Positions 37,356-45,622 of a DNA stretch of 50,827 nucleotides are shown here, piece after piece. A program made the translations under genes and the position numbers. The stretch is from Gemmatimonadales bacterium (GTDB lineage: Bacteria; Gemmatimonadota; Gemmatimonadetes; Gemmatimonadales; GWC2-71-9), in NCBI GenBank assembly GCA_035495075.1, contig DATJGL010000136.1, positions 1 to 50,827 of the forward strand, in the 5' to 3' direction. The notes below the pieces were generated by a model. It was not told the DNA's origin, ran no database searches, and worked only from the letters and a program-made list of their open reading frames with translations. Position 1 is the stretch's first letter. Each line of letters begins with the position of its first letter.

Positions 37356-38236
37356 TGCCCAAACCGCAGCTTGGTAGCGTGAGAACCGGATGGCTCGCCC
37401 TCGGGATTGCCACGCTGGGCATTCCCATGATTGCTGCCCGCGCGCAGGCGCCGGTTCACCTCGAGCAGGCCCGCGACGAGATGTTCAACTTGGTGGTGAA
37501 CCGCCGGGCCCGGCTTGGACTCAAGGTGAATCTGCAGGCGCAGGACACCGACTCGATCGGCGCGCGGGTCGATGCAGTAACACCCGGCGGGCCGGCCGCG
37601 AAGGCCGGTATCCGCTCCGGCGACGTCATCACACGCCTCGACGGGAATTCCCTGCTAACAGCCCCGGAGCTACCGCGAGAGCCGGGCCGGTCCCTGCCCG
37701 GCTTGCGGCTGATCGAGCTGGCCGCCCGGCTCGGTCCGAACGACACCGTTCCACTCGAGTTTCGCCGGGGCACCGACCGCAAGGTCGTCACTCTCATCAC
37801 CGCCGGCGATCCCAGGTCGCTCGAGATGGGTAATCGCATCGTCATTCCCCGAGACTTTGCTCAGCAGAGCCTCGAGGGTATGCGTGCAATGGGCTCGGAT
37901 CCGGAAATCGGAGACCTCGATATCCGGCTTCCACGAGTGGCGATGCTCTACGGCGGGGAGCTCTCAGAGCTCGAGCTGGCGCCCCTCAATCCCGACCTCG
38001 GTCAATATTTCGGCACCAGCGAGGGGATTCTGGTGATCAGCGCTCCTCGCGGCTCCTCGCTCGGCCTCCGAGGCGGCGACGTCGTCCTCGCGGTGGACCA
38101 GCGCAAGCCAGCCAGCCCGTCACACCTGCTGCGGATCCTGCGAAGCTACGATCACGACGAAAGCTTCAAGATCGACATTCTGCGCAATCGGAAGCGCGAG
38201 ACTATCACCGCCAAGCGGGACGAGCCGAAGCAATAG
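37352..38236 (+). CDS. Secreted tandem-PDZ domain protein (no protease domain)
   Basis: Signal peptide. Two PDZ cores (GARVDAVTPGGPAAKAGIRSGDVITRLDG and GILVISAPRGSSLGLRGGDVVLAVDQ). Start overlaps the anti-sigma stop. Confidence 0.7.
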   Translation: MMPKPQLGSVRTGWLALGIATLGIPMIAARAQAPVHLEQARDEMFNLVVNRRARLGLKVNLQAQDTDSIGARVDAVTPGGPAAKAGIRSGDVITRLDGNSLLTAPELPREPGRSLPGLRLIELAARLGPNDTVPLEFRRGTDRKVVTLITAGDPRSLEMGNRIVIPRDFAQQSLEGMRAMGSDPEIGDLDIRLPRVAMLYGGELSELELAPLNPDLGQYFGTSEGILVISAPRGSSLGLRGGDVVLAVDQRKPASPSHLLRILRSYDHDESFKIDILRNRKRETITAKRDEPKQ

Positions 38237-38242
38237 CCGCCG

Positions 38243-39961
38243 TCACGCGGTTACCTGTACCCTCACCCTCTGCAATCGCTCCGGATGCACCTGTCGGGCC
38301 AGCGCTGCGAACTGGCTCGGGTCGAGGCTTTGCGGACCGTCGCTGAGCGCGGTTGCCGGACTTGGGTGGACCTCCACGATCAAGCCACAGGCCCCTGCCG
38401 CCAACGCCGCCAGACCGAGCGGCGCCACCAGTGAGCTGATACCGGCGGCGTGGCTGGGGTCTACCAGTACCGGCAGGTGGGTGCGCTCGCGCACCAGCGC
38501 GACAGCGTTCAGGTCGAGTGTATGACGGGTGGCGCGCTCGAAGGTGCGTATCCCGCGCTCGCACAACACCACGTTAGGGTTACCCTCGGCGAGCACGTAC
38601 TCCGCCGCCATCAACCACTCCTCGATGGTCGCGCCGGCGCCACGCTTCAGGAGAATCGGCTTGCCGCTCCGGCTGGCCGCCCTGAGCAGCGAGAAGTTCT
38701 GCATGTTGCGGGCGCCGATCTGGAGCATGTCGGCGAAGTGCGCGACGAGCGGGACCTCCTCCCAGCTCAGCACTTCCGTCACCACCGGAAGGCCGGTGGC
38801 CTCGCGGGCCTGCGCCAGGTAGCGCAACCCCTTCACGCCAAGGCCCTGGAAGTCGTACGGCGAGGTCCGCGGCTTGTACGCGCCGCCTCGCAGCATGTCT
38901 CCTCCGGCCTCCGATACCAGCGCGGCGGTCTCGAGAATCATCTCCTTCGTTTCGACGGAGCACGGGCCCCCGATGAGAATCGGCGTCTCCCCGCCGAACG
39001 AGAGATCACCCACCGCCACGAGGGTACCACCCGGGTTCCGCCGGCGATCTACCAGCGGGACCTCCGGCTTTCGGACGTAATGCGCCGGGGTCGGCACGGG
39101 CAATGCGAACCGGAGAGCCCCGTCCGGCCACGCTTCGTAGCTGCCGAGAATCACCAACTCGACTGCGAGAGCCTCGATCTCCTCCAATGCCTCCGCGACG
39201 CGGGGGTCGGCAGCGGCGCCGGCCACGTCTACGTAGAACCGGTAGGTCCACGGCTTGGAGCGCTCGGGCCTCGACTGCAGCGCGGTGACGTTGACGCCGC
39301 GGACACCGAACGCCTGGAGCGTGAGGGCCAGGCTTCCGGGCTTGTGATCGACGCAGACGATCAGCGAGGTCTTGAACGGCCCGGTCGGGCTCTGCGGGAG
39401 TGCGGCTTCCGCCCGGGTGAAGGTCAGAAACCGGGTTTGGTTGGATGGGTCGTCCTCGATTCGCTCGGCCAATGGCACCAATCCATGGGCATCGGCTGCG
39501 TGACGGGCGGCAATCGCCGCGAGTGCCGGATTGCCCTCGCGCGCGACGATCTCTGCACTTCCCGCTGTGTCCCATGCACTGACCAGCTCGGCAGCCGGCA
39601 GGTGCTTGCTCAGCCAGATCCGGCATTGCCCCAATGCCACGGAGTGGGAAAGCACTCTGCGGATGCCGCGCAGCTCGGCGCCAGGGAGGCCCATGAGGGT
39701 GTGATGAACCGGCAGCATCACCTCGTGGGTGAGCCGCAGATCCCCGTCTCCGAAGGCTTCCTGGAGCAGGTCGTAGGTCGAGGTGACCGAGCCGATCAGA
39801 GAGTTCTCGATTGGGAGAATCCCGGCCTCGGCCGCGCCGTCACGAACGGCCGCGACGACGTCCTGCACGTCGCGGCAGGCAACAGGCTCGAGGTCGGGCC
39901 ACCGCCGCCGTCCGGCCGCCTCACTGAAGGAGCCCGTGGTTCCCTGGATTGCTACGCGCAT
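38243..39961 (-). CDS. Fused prephenate dehydratase-ACT / 3-deoxy-7-phosphoheptulonate (DAHP) synthase type I-beta
   Basis: The N-terminal half has PDT motifs (RVAIQG...[20 protein letters not shown]) and the ACT motif [18 protein letters not shown]. The C-terminal half has DAHPS/KDO8PS-like motifs GGPCSVE and [20 protein letters not shown] 39961 has a GGAGGA Shine-Dalgarno. The upstream 54 codons of the tracked ORF read through a terminator. Confidence 0.85.
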   Translation of the reverse strand: MRVAIQGTTGSFSEAAGRRRWPDLEPVACRDVQDVVAAVRDGAAEAGILPIENSLIGSVTSTYDLLQEAFGDGDLRLTHEVMLPVHHTLMGLPGAELRGIRRVLSHSVALGQCRIWLSKHLPAAELVSAWDTAGSAEIVAREGNPALAAIAARHAADAHGLVPLAERIEDDPSNQTRFLTFTRAEAALPQSPTGPFKTSLIVCVDHKPGSLALTLQAFGVRGVNVTALQSRPERSKPWTYRFYVDVAGAAADPRVAEALEEIEALAVELVILGSYEAWPDGALRFALPVPTPAHYVRKPEVPLVDRRRNPGGTLVAVGDLSFGGETPILIGGPCSVETKEMILETAALVSEAGGDMLRGGAYKPRTSPYDFQGLGVKGLRYLAQAREATGLPVVTEVLSWEEVPLVAHFADMLQIGARNMQNFSLLRAASRSGKPILLKRGAGATIEEWLMAAEYVLAEGNPNVVLCERGIRTFERATRHTLDLNAVALVRERTHLPVLVDPSHAAGISSLVAPLGLAALAAGACGLIVEVHPSPATALSDGPQSLDPSQFAALARQVHPERLQRVRVQVTA

Positions 39962-39988
39962 CTCGCCGACTCCTCCGAAGAACAGGAC

Positions 39989-40017
39989 AAAAAAAGCCCG
40001 CCGTGTTTCTCGGCGGG
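39989..40017 (-). terminator. Intrinsic terminator inside the pheA-aroF leader (attenuator terminator)
   Basis: On the minus strand: CCCGCCG-AGAAACA-CGGCGGG (7-bp all-GC stem, 7-nt loop), then C and U7. Ends 27 nt upstream of the fusion-gene ATG. Confidence 0.7.
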
Positions 40018-40046
40018 GCGTCGATGGGTCCGTTCTGGCTCGAGCG

Positions 40047-40136
40047 TCAGTGCACGCTGGTACCGGAACCGGACGGCCGTGGCGCCGCGCCGGTGCGAGC
40101 AAAGTAGAAATACCAGTACGCACGCCGCATGTTCAT
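40047..40136 (-). CDS. Candidate 29-aa attenuation leader peptide rich in aromatic codons
   Basis: Minus-strand translation gives [29 protein letters not shown]. Codons 7-12 are TAC TGG TAT TTC TAC TTT. There is no Shine-Dalgarno; the ATG sits 6 nt after the candidate -10 element, so it may be leaderless. Confidence 0.55.
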   Translation of the reverse strand: MNMRRAYWYFYFARTGAAPRPSGSGTSVH

Positions 40137-40142
40137 ACGAGC

Positions 40143-40172
40143 AGTCTACGGCCCGGCTGCCGCATCTGTCAA
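40143..40172 (-). promoter_or_regulatory. Candidate sigma70-type promoter of the aromatic leader / pheA-aroF transcript
   Basis: On the minus strand: consensus -35 TTGACA (40172-40167), 18-nt spacer, -10 TAGACT (40148-40143). Confidence 0.5.
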
Positions 40173-40208
40173 GCGCGACCCACCGACCGGCTTGGCTCCG
40201 GGCCGCTT

Positions 40209-41273
40209 ATGTTTCGCCGACCCCGATACCGCTGCAACACACCCTTCGGGAGCAAGGCCTTGCGACCTCGATCCGTGGCCCTGAGCCACGGTGCGTACCT
40301 GCTCCGCTTGCCTCGGATCCCGTTTTGTGTTGCCGGCGTGATTTGCCTCCTGCTGGTGACGCCGGCGGCGGCCCAAAGTCTGCCCGCGTATGCGCCGATC
40401 AATCCGATCGCCCAGTCGCGCAGCGGAGTGTACTTCCAGCCTTACCGTGAGCCGCGCTTGGGCCACCTGAGCCTGGACGTCCGTCTCGACTACGGAAGCG
40501 CTATTGAATACAACCTGCCGGCTTCCCGACCCAGCTACCTCCTCGACGCCGAAATCCTGCGACTCGAGGTGGCCGCAGCGCGGGACCTGAACCAGCAGTT
40601 TTTCCTGTTCGGTACTATAGGAGTGGGCGGCGCGTATGCCGGGTTTCTTGATGGCTTTCTTAATTGGTACCACGACCTGCTCGGTCTCAAGTTGCCAGAA
40701 CGAACCAGCCGCCCGAACAACTCGTTTGCGTATCAGATGGCTCTGAACAACGGGCTGACCGTCGTCCGGTCACCGTCGGATCTGTTTCTCAACGATCTCC
40801 GGTTGGGCGCGGGCTACCGGCCCACGCCCTGGTATCAGGGAGTGGTCACGCTCACCCTTCCGACGTCAACCGCACCCGACGGCTATGGTCGAGGCACAAT
40901 TTCGCTCAGCGCGTTGAATACATTCCACACCCGCCTGAGCTCACGATTGACGTTCGAGGGCGCGCTGGGGTTGGGATGGACGCCAACGCACGGGGATCTT
41001 TCGCCCTACCAGGAAACCGTGTTCGCATCCCTGGCCTCCGGGCTCAGGTTCCGCTTCTGGGGCCGGCAATCTCTCTTCGCGACCGTGTTCTACCACTCGC
41101 CGTATTATCACGACACCACACTGCCCGCCCTGGATCGACGGGAGCTTTCGCTCGACTTTGGATGGCTGCTGGCGACGAAGGGTGGGAGCGAGTGGCGAAT
41201 CGGGATGACCGAGGACCTGGAGCCGAGCGGGCCCGCCATCGACATCATATTCCGTTTGGGGGGGAGTTTCTGA
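40209..41273 (+). CDS. Hypothetical outer-membrane beta-barrel-like protein
   Basis: Hydrophobic signal-like segment VAGVICLLLVTPAAAQS. Alternating aromatic/aliphatic beta-strand pattern. Ends in ...IIFRLGGSF (terminal Phe). Start is uncertain (ATG 40209, TTG 40308 or GTG 40335). Confidence 0.5.
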   Translation: MFRRPRYRCNTPFGSKALRPRSVALSHGAYLLRLPRIPFCVAGVICLLLVTPAAAQSLPAYAPINPIAQSRSGVYFQPYREPRLGHLSLDVRLDYGSAIEYNLPASRPSYLLDAEILRLEVAAARDLNQQFFLFGTIGVGGAYAGFLDGFLNWYHDLLGLKLPERTSRPNNSFAYQMALNNGLTVVRSPSDLFLNDLRLGAGYRPTPWYQGVVTLTLPTSTAPDGYGRGTISLSALNTFHTRLSSRLTFEGALGLGWTPTHGDLSPYQETVFASLASGLRFRFWGRQSLFATVFYHSPYYHDTTLPALDRRELSLDFGWLLATKGGSEWRIGMTEDLEPSGPAIDIIFRLGGSF

Positions 41274-41284
41274 TCCGCCTTCGG

Positions 41285-41524
41285 TCAGGTTGTCTTGGCG
41301 CCAAAGAGGAACTGCTCCATGTTGGCGAACAAGAATTCCTTGGCTTGCTGCTCCCGGAGGTTGAGGCCGTAGTGATTGATCAATTGTTGCTGGGTCTTGA
41401 GCCACTCAGCCCAACAAGCGCCGCAGATCTCCTGGTACGCCCGAAGACCGAGGTCGTTGGGAAACGGCCGGAAGCTCATCTGATCGCGGTCCTGCCCGCA
41501 GCGGACGCAATGGATCGTCGCCAT
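41285..41524 (-). CDS. yggX: Fe(2+)-trafficking / oxidative damage protection protein YggX
   Basis: MATIHCVRCGQDRDQM..PFPNDLG..I...IC..CW.EW...Q..LINHYGLN is the YggX family signature. Confidence 0.85.
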   Translation of the reverse strand: MATIHCVRCGQDRDQMSFRPFPNDLGLRAYQEICGACWAEWLKTQQQLINHYGLNLREQQAKEFLFANMEQFLFGAKTT

Positions 41525-41554
41525 GGGTCTGGAAGATAGTCGCCCCCTGGAGGC

Positions 41555-41845
41555 TCAAGGCGTCAAGTGCCGCTGGACCACCTCCCCGCGGCGAATGTCG
41601 CGGGCCCCTCTGGCCGTTCCTAGGCCGACGCCCAGGCCGAACACCAGAGCAGTCGTCGAACCGATCATTGGGAGCAAGACAAGCGGAGACGCCAGAATGG
41701 CGGCGACGGCTCCGGCCAGCCATGGAGCCCAGGCCGATTGGACCGCGTCCACGAACCTGAGTCGGCGGCCCACAAAGCGCTTCGCCAGGACATATCCGCC
41801 GAAGCCGGCGGCGCCGGCGACCAACAGGGCAATAATGGGATACAT
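41555..41845 (-). CDS. Small membrane protein, hypothetical
   Basis: 96 aa with three hydrophobic helices and no recognised family. Confidence 0.45.
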   Translation of the reverse strand: MYPIIALLVAGAAGFGGYVLAKRFVGRRLRFVDAVQSAWAPWLAGAVAAILASPLVLLPMIGSTTALVFGLGVGLGTARGARDIRRGEVVQRHLTP

Positions 41846-41933
41846 GGGTTAATCTCGGATCTGATTGAGGTTCGTTCCACTACGGAACGGCGACCCTGGA
41901 GGATTCGGGGCGATTCCCGACTGGAGTGAACGA

Positions 41934-42368
41934 ATGCCGAAGCATCCAACAGTGATGGTTCCGAACGTCGGCCCCATGGACCACGCCTGGGACGTCCTGG
42001 GCGAGTGGCAGGTGGAACTGGAGCATCCCGAGGGGGATGAGCCGATTCGCGGCACCGTGAACTTCCGGTCCTGGGCCGAAGGCGAGCTGAAGCTCGAGCC
42101 GGCGGCCGCGGCGGCGATTGGGGTTCCGCGGACGATCGCGCTCGAACGAACGAGTGACGTGCATCGGACCGATGCGGGCGGGGGGGCGCTCCAGTGGGTG
42201 CTCTTGGCCCCCGCCTCCAAATGGTCGCTCCAAGTCACCATGTGGCCTGGCGCGCTCCATCTTTTCGTCCATGACGCGGACGACGAGGACGAACAGTTGT
42301 ATCGAGCCCGTGCCACCCGTACGCCCGCCTACTATGCCCGCAAATATCCGCTGGAGGAGGCGGAGTGA
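41934..42368 (+). CDS. Hypothetical protein
   Basis: ORF with coding-like composition and an acidic C-terminus. No recognisable motif. ATG 41934 chosen over the upstream GC-noise extension. Confidence 0.4.
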   Translation: MPKHPTVMVPNVGPMDHAWDVLGEWQVELEHPEGDEPIRGTVNFRSWAEGELKLEPAAAAAIGVPRTIALERTSDVHRTDAGGGALQWVLLAPASKWSLQVTMWPGALHLFVHDADDEDEQLYRARATRTPAYYARKYPLEEAE

Positions 42369-42408
42369 CGGACTAGTCAATTTGTATGGGCTCCCATAGA
42401 CTTCAGCC

Positions 42409-42789
42409 ATGGAGTCCCGGATGCTGGAGTTGCCGCTCAGGGGCACGGGAGCAGCCCCAGAAACCGCCCGGGTCGAAGTCGCGCTGCTCGACCCCGCCGA
42501 TCGGCTCAAACGTGCCGGTATCGGGCTGGTCGCCGGTCTCGCCGTCGCCGTCATCGCGCTTCCCATTCCGATCGTTCATCTGATAATGGTGCCGGGCGGC
42601 TTGATCATCGGCGTTGCGCTTGCCCTGCGGCGACTGGGTCAGAGCAAGACCTTCCGCGGAGCGGCGGGCCGCTGCCCTTATTGCGGCGCCGATCAGCGGT
42701 TCACCCTGGTCGGTCCCTTCCGTCTGCCCAAGACCGTGTACTGCGCATCCTGTCAGCGCGAGCTGTACCTCGACGAGGTACAGGCGTAG
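42409..42789 (+). CDS. Membrane protein with C-terminal CxxC...CxxC zinc-ribbon
   Basis: Two TM helices, then GRCPYCGADQ...YCASCQREL. Confidence 0.5.
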   Translation: MESRMLELPLRGTGAAPETARVEVALLDPADRLKRAGIGLVAGLAVAVIALPIPIVHLIMVPGGLIIGVALALRRLGQSKTFRGAAGRCPYCGADQRFTLVGPFRLPKTVYCASCQRELYLDEVQA

Positions 42790-42794
42790 ACGCA

Positions 42795-43790
42795 CTACCA
42801 GCGCACGGCCGCGCTGCCCCACATGAAGCCGGATCCGAACGCGGTCAGAACCAGGAGGTCGCCCGATTGCAGGCGCCCCGCCCGCACGCATTCGGCCAGC
42901 GCGATCGGGATGGTCGCGGCGGTGGTGTTGCCGTAGCGTTGGATGTTGTTGTACACCTGATCGTCCCCAAGCGCCAGATCCCGCTGGACCATCTCCGAGA
43001 TGCGAAGATTCGCTTGGTGCGCGAGCAGGAGGCGAATGTCGGCGGGCTGGGCGCCGATCTTCTCCAGCACGGCGCGGACTGATTGGGGCATGCGAACCAC
43101 GGCGTGGCGGAACACTTCGCGCCCGTCCATTTCGAGGTACTGCTTGCCCGCCTCCAGGTGATCCACCGTGACTCGCGGATGATACATCGAGCCGGGGACG
43201 TCGACCCAAAGCTTGTCCGCGAATCCGCCGTCGGAATGGAGGTCGAAGGCCAGGATGCCACGGTCGGCGCGCTCGGCCGGCCCGAGCACCACCGTTCCGG
43301 CGCCGTCGGCGAAAATCACAGCGGTGCTTCGACCCCTGCTGCTGACGTCCATGCCGGTAGACTGAATCTCGGCGCCCACCACCAGAATGCGTCGGTACAG
43401 GCCGGTTTGGATCCACGCGTCTGCCACGGACAACGCGTAGATGAAGCCGCTGCACTGCGCCCGCACGTCCAGCGCCGGAATCGGGTCGAGGCCGAGATCG
43501 CGCTGGAGGTACACGCCATTTCCTGGGGCGAAGTGATCCGGCGTCGAGGTCGCATACACGATCGCGTCGAGCTCCGACGCCGGTATCCCTGCCGCTTCGA
43601 GGGCCCGGTTCGAGGCGCAGAGCGCCAATTGGGCACCGGTCTCTCCTTCGCGAACCCAGCGGCGCTCCTCGATGCCGGTACGCGCCCGAATCCACTCGTC
43701 GGTCGTGTCCATGACCGATGAAAGATCCTGGTTGGTGACCACGCGATCAGGCACGGCAAAGCCGGTACCCAGGATGCAGGCTCGCGGCAT
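42795..43790 (-). CDS. fabH: Beta-ketoacyl-ACP synthase III
   Basis: Active-site Cys in AQCSGFIYAL, His in LLAHQANLRI, Asn in YGNTTAATIP. Confidence 0.9.
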   Translation of the reverse strand: MPRACILGTGFAVPDRVVTNQDLSSVMDTTDEWIRARTGIEERRWVREGETGAQLALCASNRALEAAGIPASELDAIVYATSTPDHFAPGNGVYLQRDLGLDPIPALDVRAQCSGFIYALSVADAWIQTGLYRRILVVGAEIQSTGMDVSSRGRSTAVIFADGAGTVVLGPAERADRGILAFDLHSDGGFADKLWVDVPGSMYHPRVTVDHLEAGKQYLEMDGREVFRHAVVRMPQSVRAVLEKIGAQPADIRLLLAHQANLRISEMVQRDLALGDDQVYNNIQRYGNTTAATIPIALAECVRAGRLQSGDLLVLTAFGSGFMWGSAAVRW

Positions 43791-43896
43791 GTAGAATTCC
43801 GTGGGCCGAGGTGTCGGAAGAGCTGGGCGGGGAGGATATCTTCACTCGGCTCGACGCGATGCGCAAGTGGATGTTCCCCCAATCGCCGGAGTATTG

Positions 43897-44142
43897 ATGG
43901 CCAAACCGAACGACCCGCTGGATGCTGATTTCCCTCTGGGTGACGGGACCGCCGACATGGAGGCCGTCGTATCCTGTCCATACTGCGGTCAGCCCAACGA
44001 GATCGGGCTCGACCCGGGGAGCGGCGAGCAGCAGGAATACGTCGAGGATTGCCAGGTGTGCTGCCGCCCGTGGCGCGTGGTGGTGCGTTACGGTCACGGC
44101 GGGTCGGCCGACGTGACGCTGGTCCCCGATGCCCAGGAGTGA
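43897..44142 (+). CDS. CPXCG-motif cysteine-rich small protein
   Basis: VSCPYCGQPNEI...EDCQVCCRPW matches the CPXCG family pattern. Confidence 0.65.
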   Translation: MAKPNDPLDADFPLGDGTADMEAVVSCPYCGQPNEIGLDPGSGEQQEYVEDCQVCCRPWRVVVRYGHGGSADVTLVPDAQE

Positions 44143-44149
44143 GACTGGA

Positions 44150-44902
44150 ATGACGACGTCCTTCAAGGACCATTTTTCCGGCCACGCGGCGACCTACGCG
44201 GCGTACCGGCCCACGTATCCTCCGCGCCTGTTTGCCTGGCTCGCCAGCGTGGCGGCACAACGAAGGGTGGCGTGGGACGCCGGGACGGGAAGCGGGCAGG
44301 CAGCGATCGGACTGGCGGACCATTTTGAGCGGGTAATCGCGACCGACGCGAGCGCCGCGCAGCTGGCTCATGCGGCGGCTCACCCGCGGGTCGAGTATCG
44401 GGTGGCGGCTGCGGAATCGAGCGGCCTCGCGGCCGCGTCCATAGACCTCGTAACCGTCGCCCAGGCGCTCCACTGGTTCGACATCCCTGCCTTCTTTGCC
44501 GAAGTGCGTCGGGTTCTCACGCCCAGCGGCTTGCTGGCCGTCTGGTGCTACGGCGATCCAACGCTCGATGACCCTGTCCTCGATGTCATTCTGCGACGTT
44601 ATAACCGCGGGACTGTGGAAGAGTACTGGCCTCCTGAGCGTGATCTCGTGCTCGACGAGTATCGGGCCGTTCGCTTTCCTTTCGGTGAGATGGCCTCCCC
44701 GCCGTTTTCGCTCGAAGCCGGGTGGTCCCTGGCGGACCTGATGGGCTACCTTCGCAGCTGGTCTGCCACCAACCGGTATGTGAAAGCCCATGGAGTGGAT
44801 CCGGTGGTGCATGTAGAGGGGGAAATGCGTCTTGCGTGGGGCCCGCCGGAGACGAAGCATATCATCCGCTGGCCGGTGACTCTCCGGGTGGGTCATGAGT
44901 GA
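44150..44902 (+). CDS. Class I SAM-dependent methyltransferase
   Basis: Motif I VAWDAGTGSGQAA. Methyltransf_11-like core. Confidence 0.75.
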   Translation: MTTSFKDHFSGHAATYAAYRPTYPPRLFAWLASVAAQRRVAWDAGTGSGQAAIGLADHFERVIATDASAAQLAHAAAHPRVEYRVAAAESSGLAAASIDLVTVAQALHWFDIPAFFAEVRRVLTPSGLLAVWCYGDPTLDDPVLDVILRRYNRGTVEEYWPPERDLVLDEYRAVRFPFGEMASPPFSLEAGWSLADLMGYLRSWSATNRYVKAHGVDPVVHVEGEMRLAWGPPETKHIIRWPVTLRVGHE

Positions 44903-44905
44903 CCG

Positions 44906-45622
44906 CTAGATACCTCCGAGCCACGGATATCCCTGGTCCTCCCAGTATCCGCCTGGGCGCTCCGCGGTAAAGGTCATCCTGGTGAGATACTTCGTGAGTT
45001 TGTACCCCAGCTTGATCGGCGAGTAGAGCCGAAGCGGAGCCCCGTGATCGGGCCGAAGCGGGAGGTCGTTGAACGCATACGCCAGGATGGTCTGCGGGTG
45101 CATCGCGCTTGTGAGATCCCAGCCGTTGTAGTAGTTGTTGTCGAACGAATCAAACCTCAGGTACCGCGCCGTCGGTAGAGGCTCCACCAGAGCTGCCACC
45201 GTCGCGACCGGCACGCCGGTCCAGCTGGCGATCGCGGTCCAGCCTTCCACGCAATGATGCTTCACGGTGTAGCTGACGCTCGGCAACGCCTCGAGCATTG
45301 CCCGGGTCAGGCGCATGGGCTTCCGCACCAGCCCACCGACCTCGAGTCCCCATGCATAGGTATCAGGAGGCAGCGGGGTCCGGTCGCTGATGAAATACGA
45401 CGGCATGGTTCCGCTGCGCTGGCTCACATCGTACGTCGGGGCCAGGCGCGACGACGAGAGCAACACGTGCTCGCCGACCCAGTCGTTGATCCGCGATACC
45501 GCCGCGAGTCTCGGTCGGATTGCCCGCCCGCCGTCCCAACCGCAGGCAGCGATCAGTGAGGCAGGCCCCGCCAACAAGCCCAGCCGCAGGAAGTCGCGAC
45601 GATCGAGGCGCCCGTCAGTCAT
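44906..45622 (-). CDS. Molybdopterin-dependent oxidoreductase, sulfite-oxidase fold (MsrP/YedY-like), Tat-exported
   Basis: Twin-arginine signal RRDFLRLGLLAG. Oxidored_molyb core (HCVEGWT...). Confidence 0.8.
   Translation of the reverse strand: MTDGRLDRRDFLRLGLLAGPASLIAACGWDGGRAIRPRLAAVSRINDWVGEHVLLSSSRLAPTYDVSQRSGTMPSYFISDRTPLPPDTYAWGLEVGGLVRKPMRLTRAMLEALPSVSYTVKHHCVEGWTAIASWTGVPVATVAALVEPLPTARYLRFDSFDNNYYNGWDLTSAMHPQTILAYAFNDLPLRPDHGAPLRLYSPIKLGYKLTKYLTRMTFTAERPGGYWEDQGYPWLGGI

Noticed and set aside
39962-40123. N-terminal 54-codon extension of the pheA-aroF ORF from GTG 40123 (MRTGISTLL...[12 protein letters not shown])
   Set aside because: It reads straight through the intrinsic terminator; the FFVLFF stretch is just the U-tract translated. 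The ATG at 39961 has a GGAGGA Shine-Dalgarno and starts exactly at the conserved PDT N-terminus (MRVAIQG).
38450-40450. 666-aa plus-strand ORF, and the similar ORFs 42403-43695 (-, 430 aa) and 43316-44896 (-, 526 aa)
   Set aside because: All are antisense or out of frame relative to strongly supported genes (PDT-DAHPS, fabH, methyltransferase). They show low-complexity R/P/G composition and are GC-driven artefacts.
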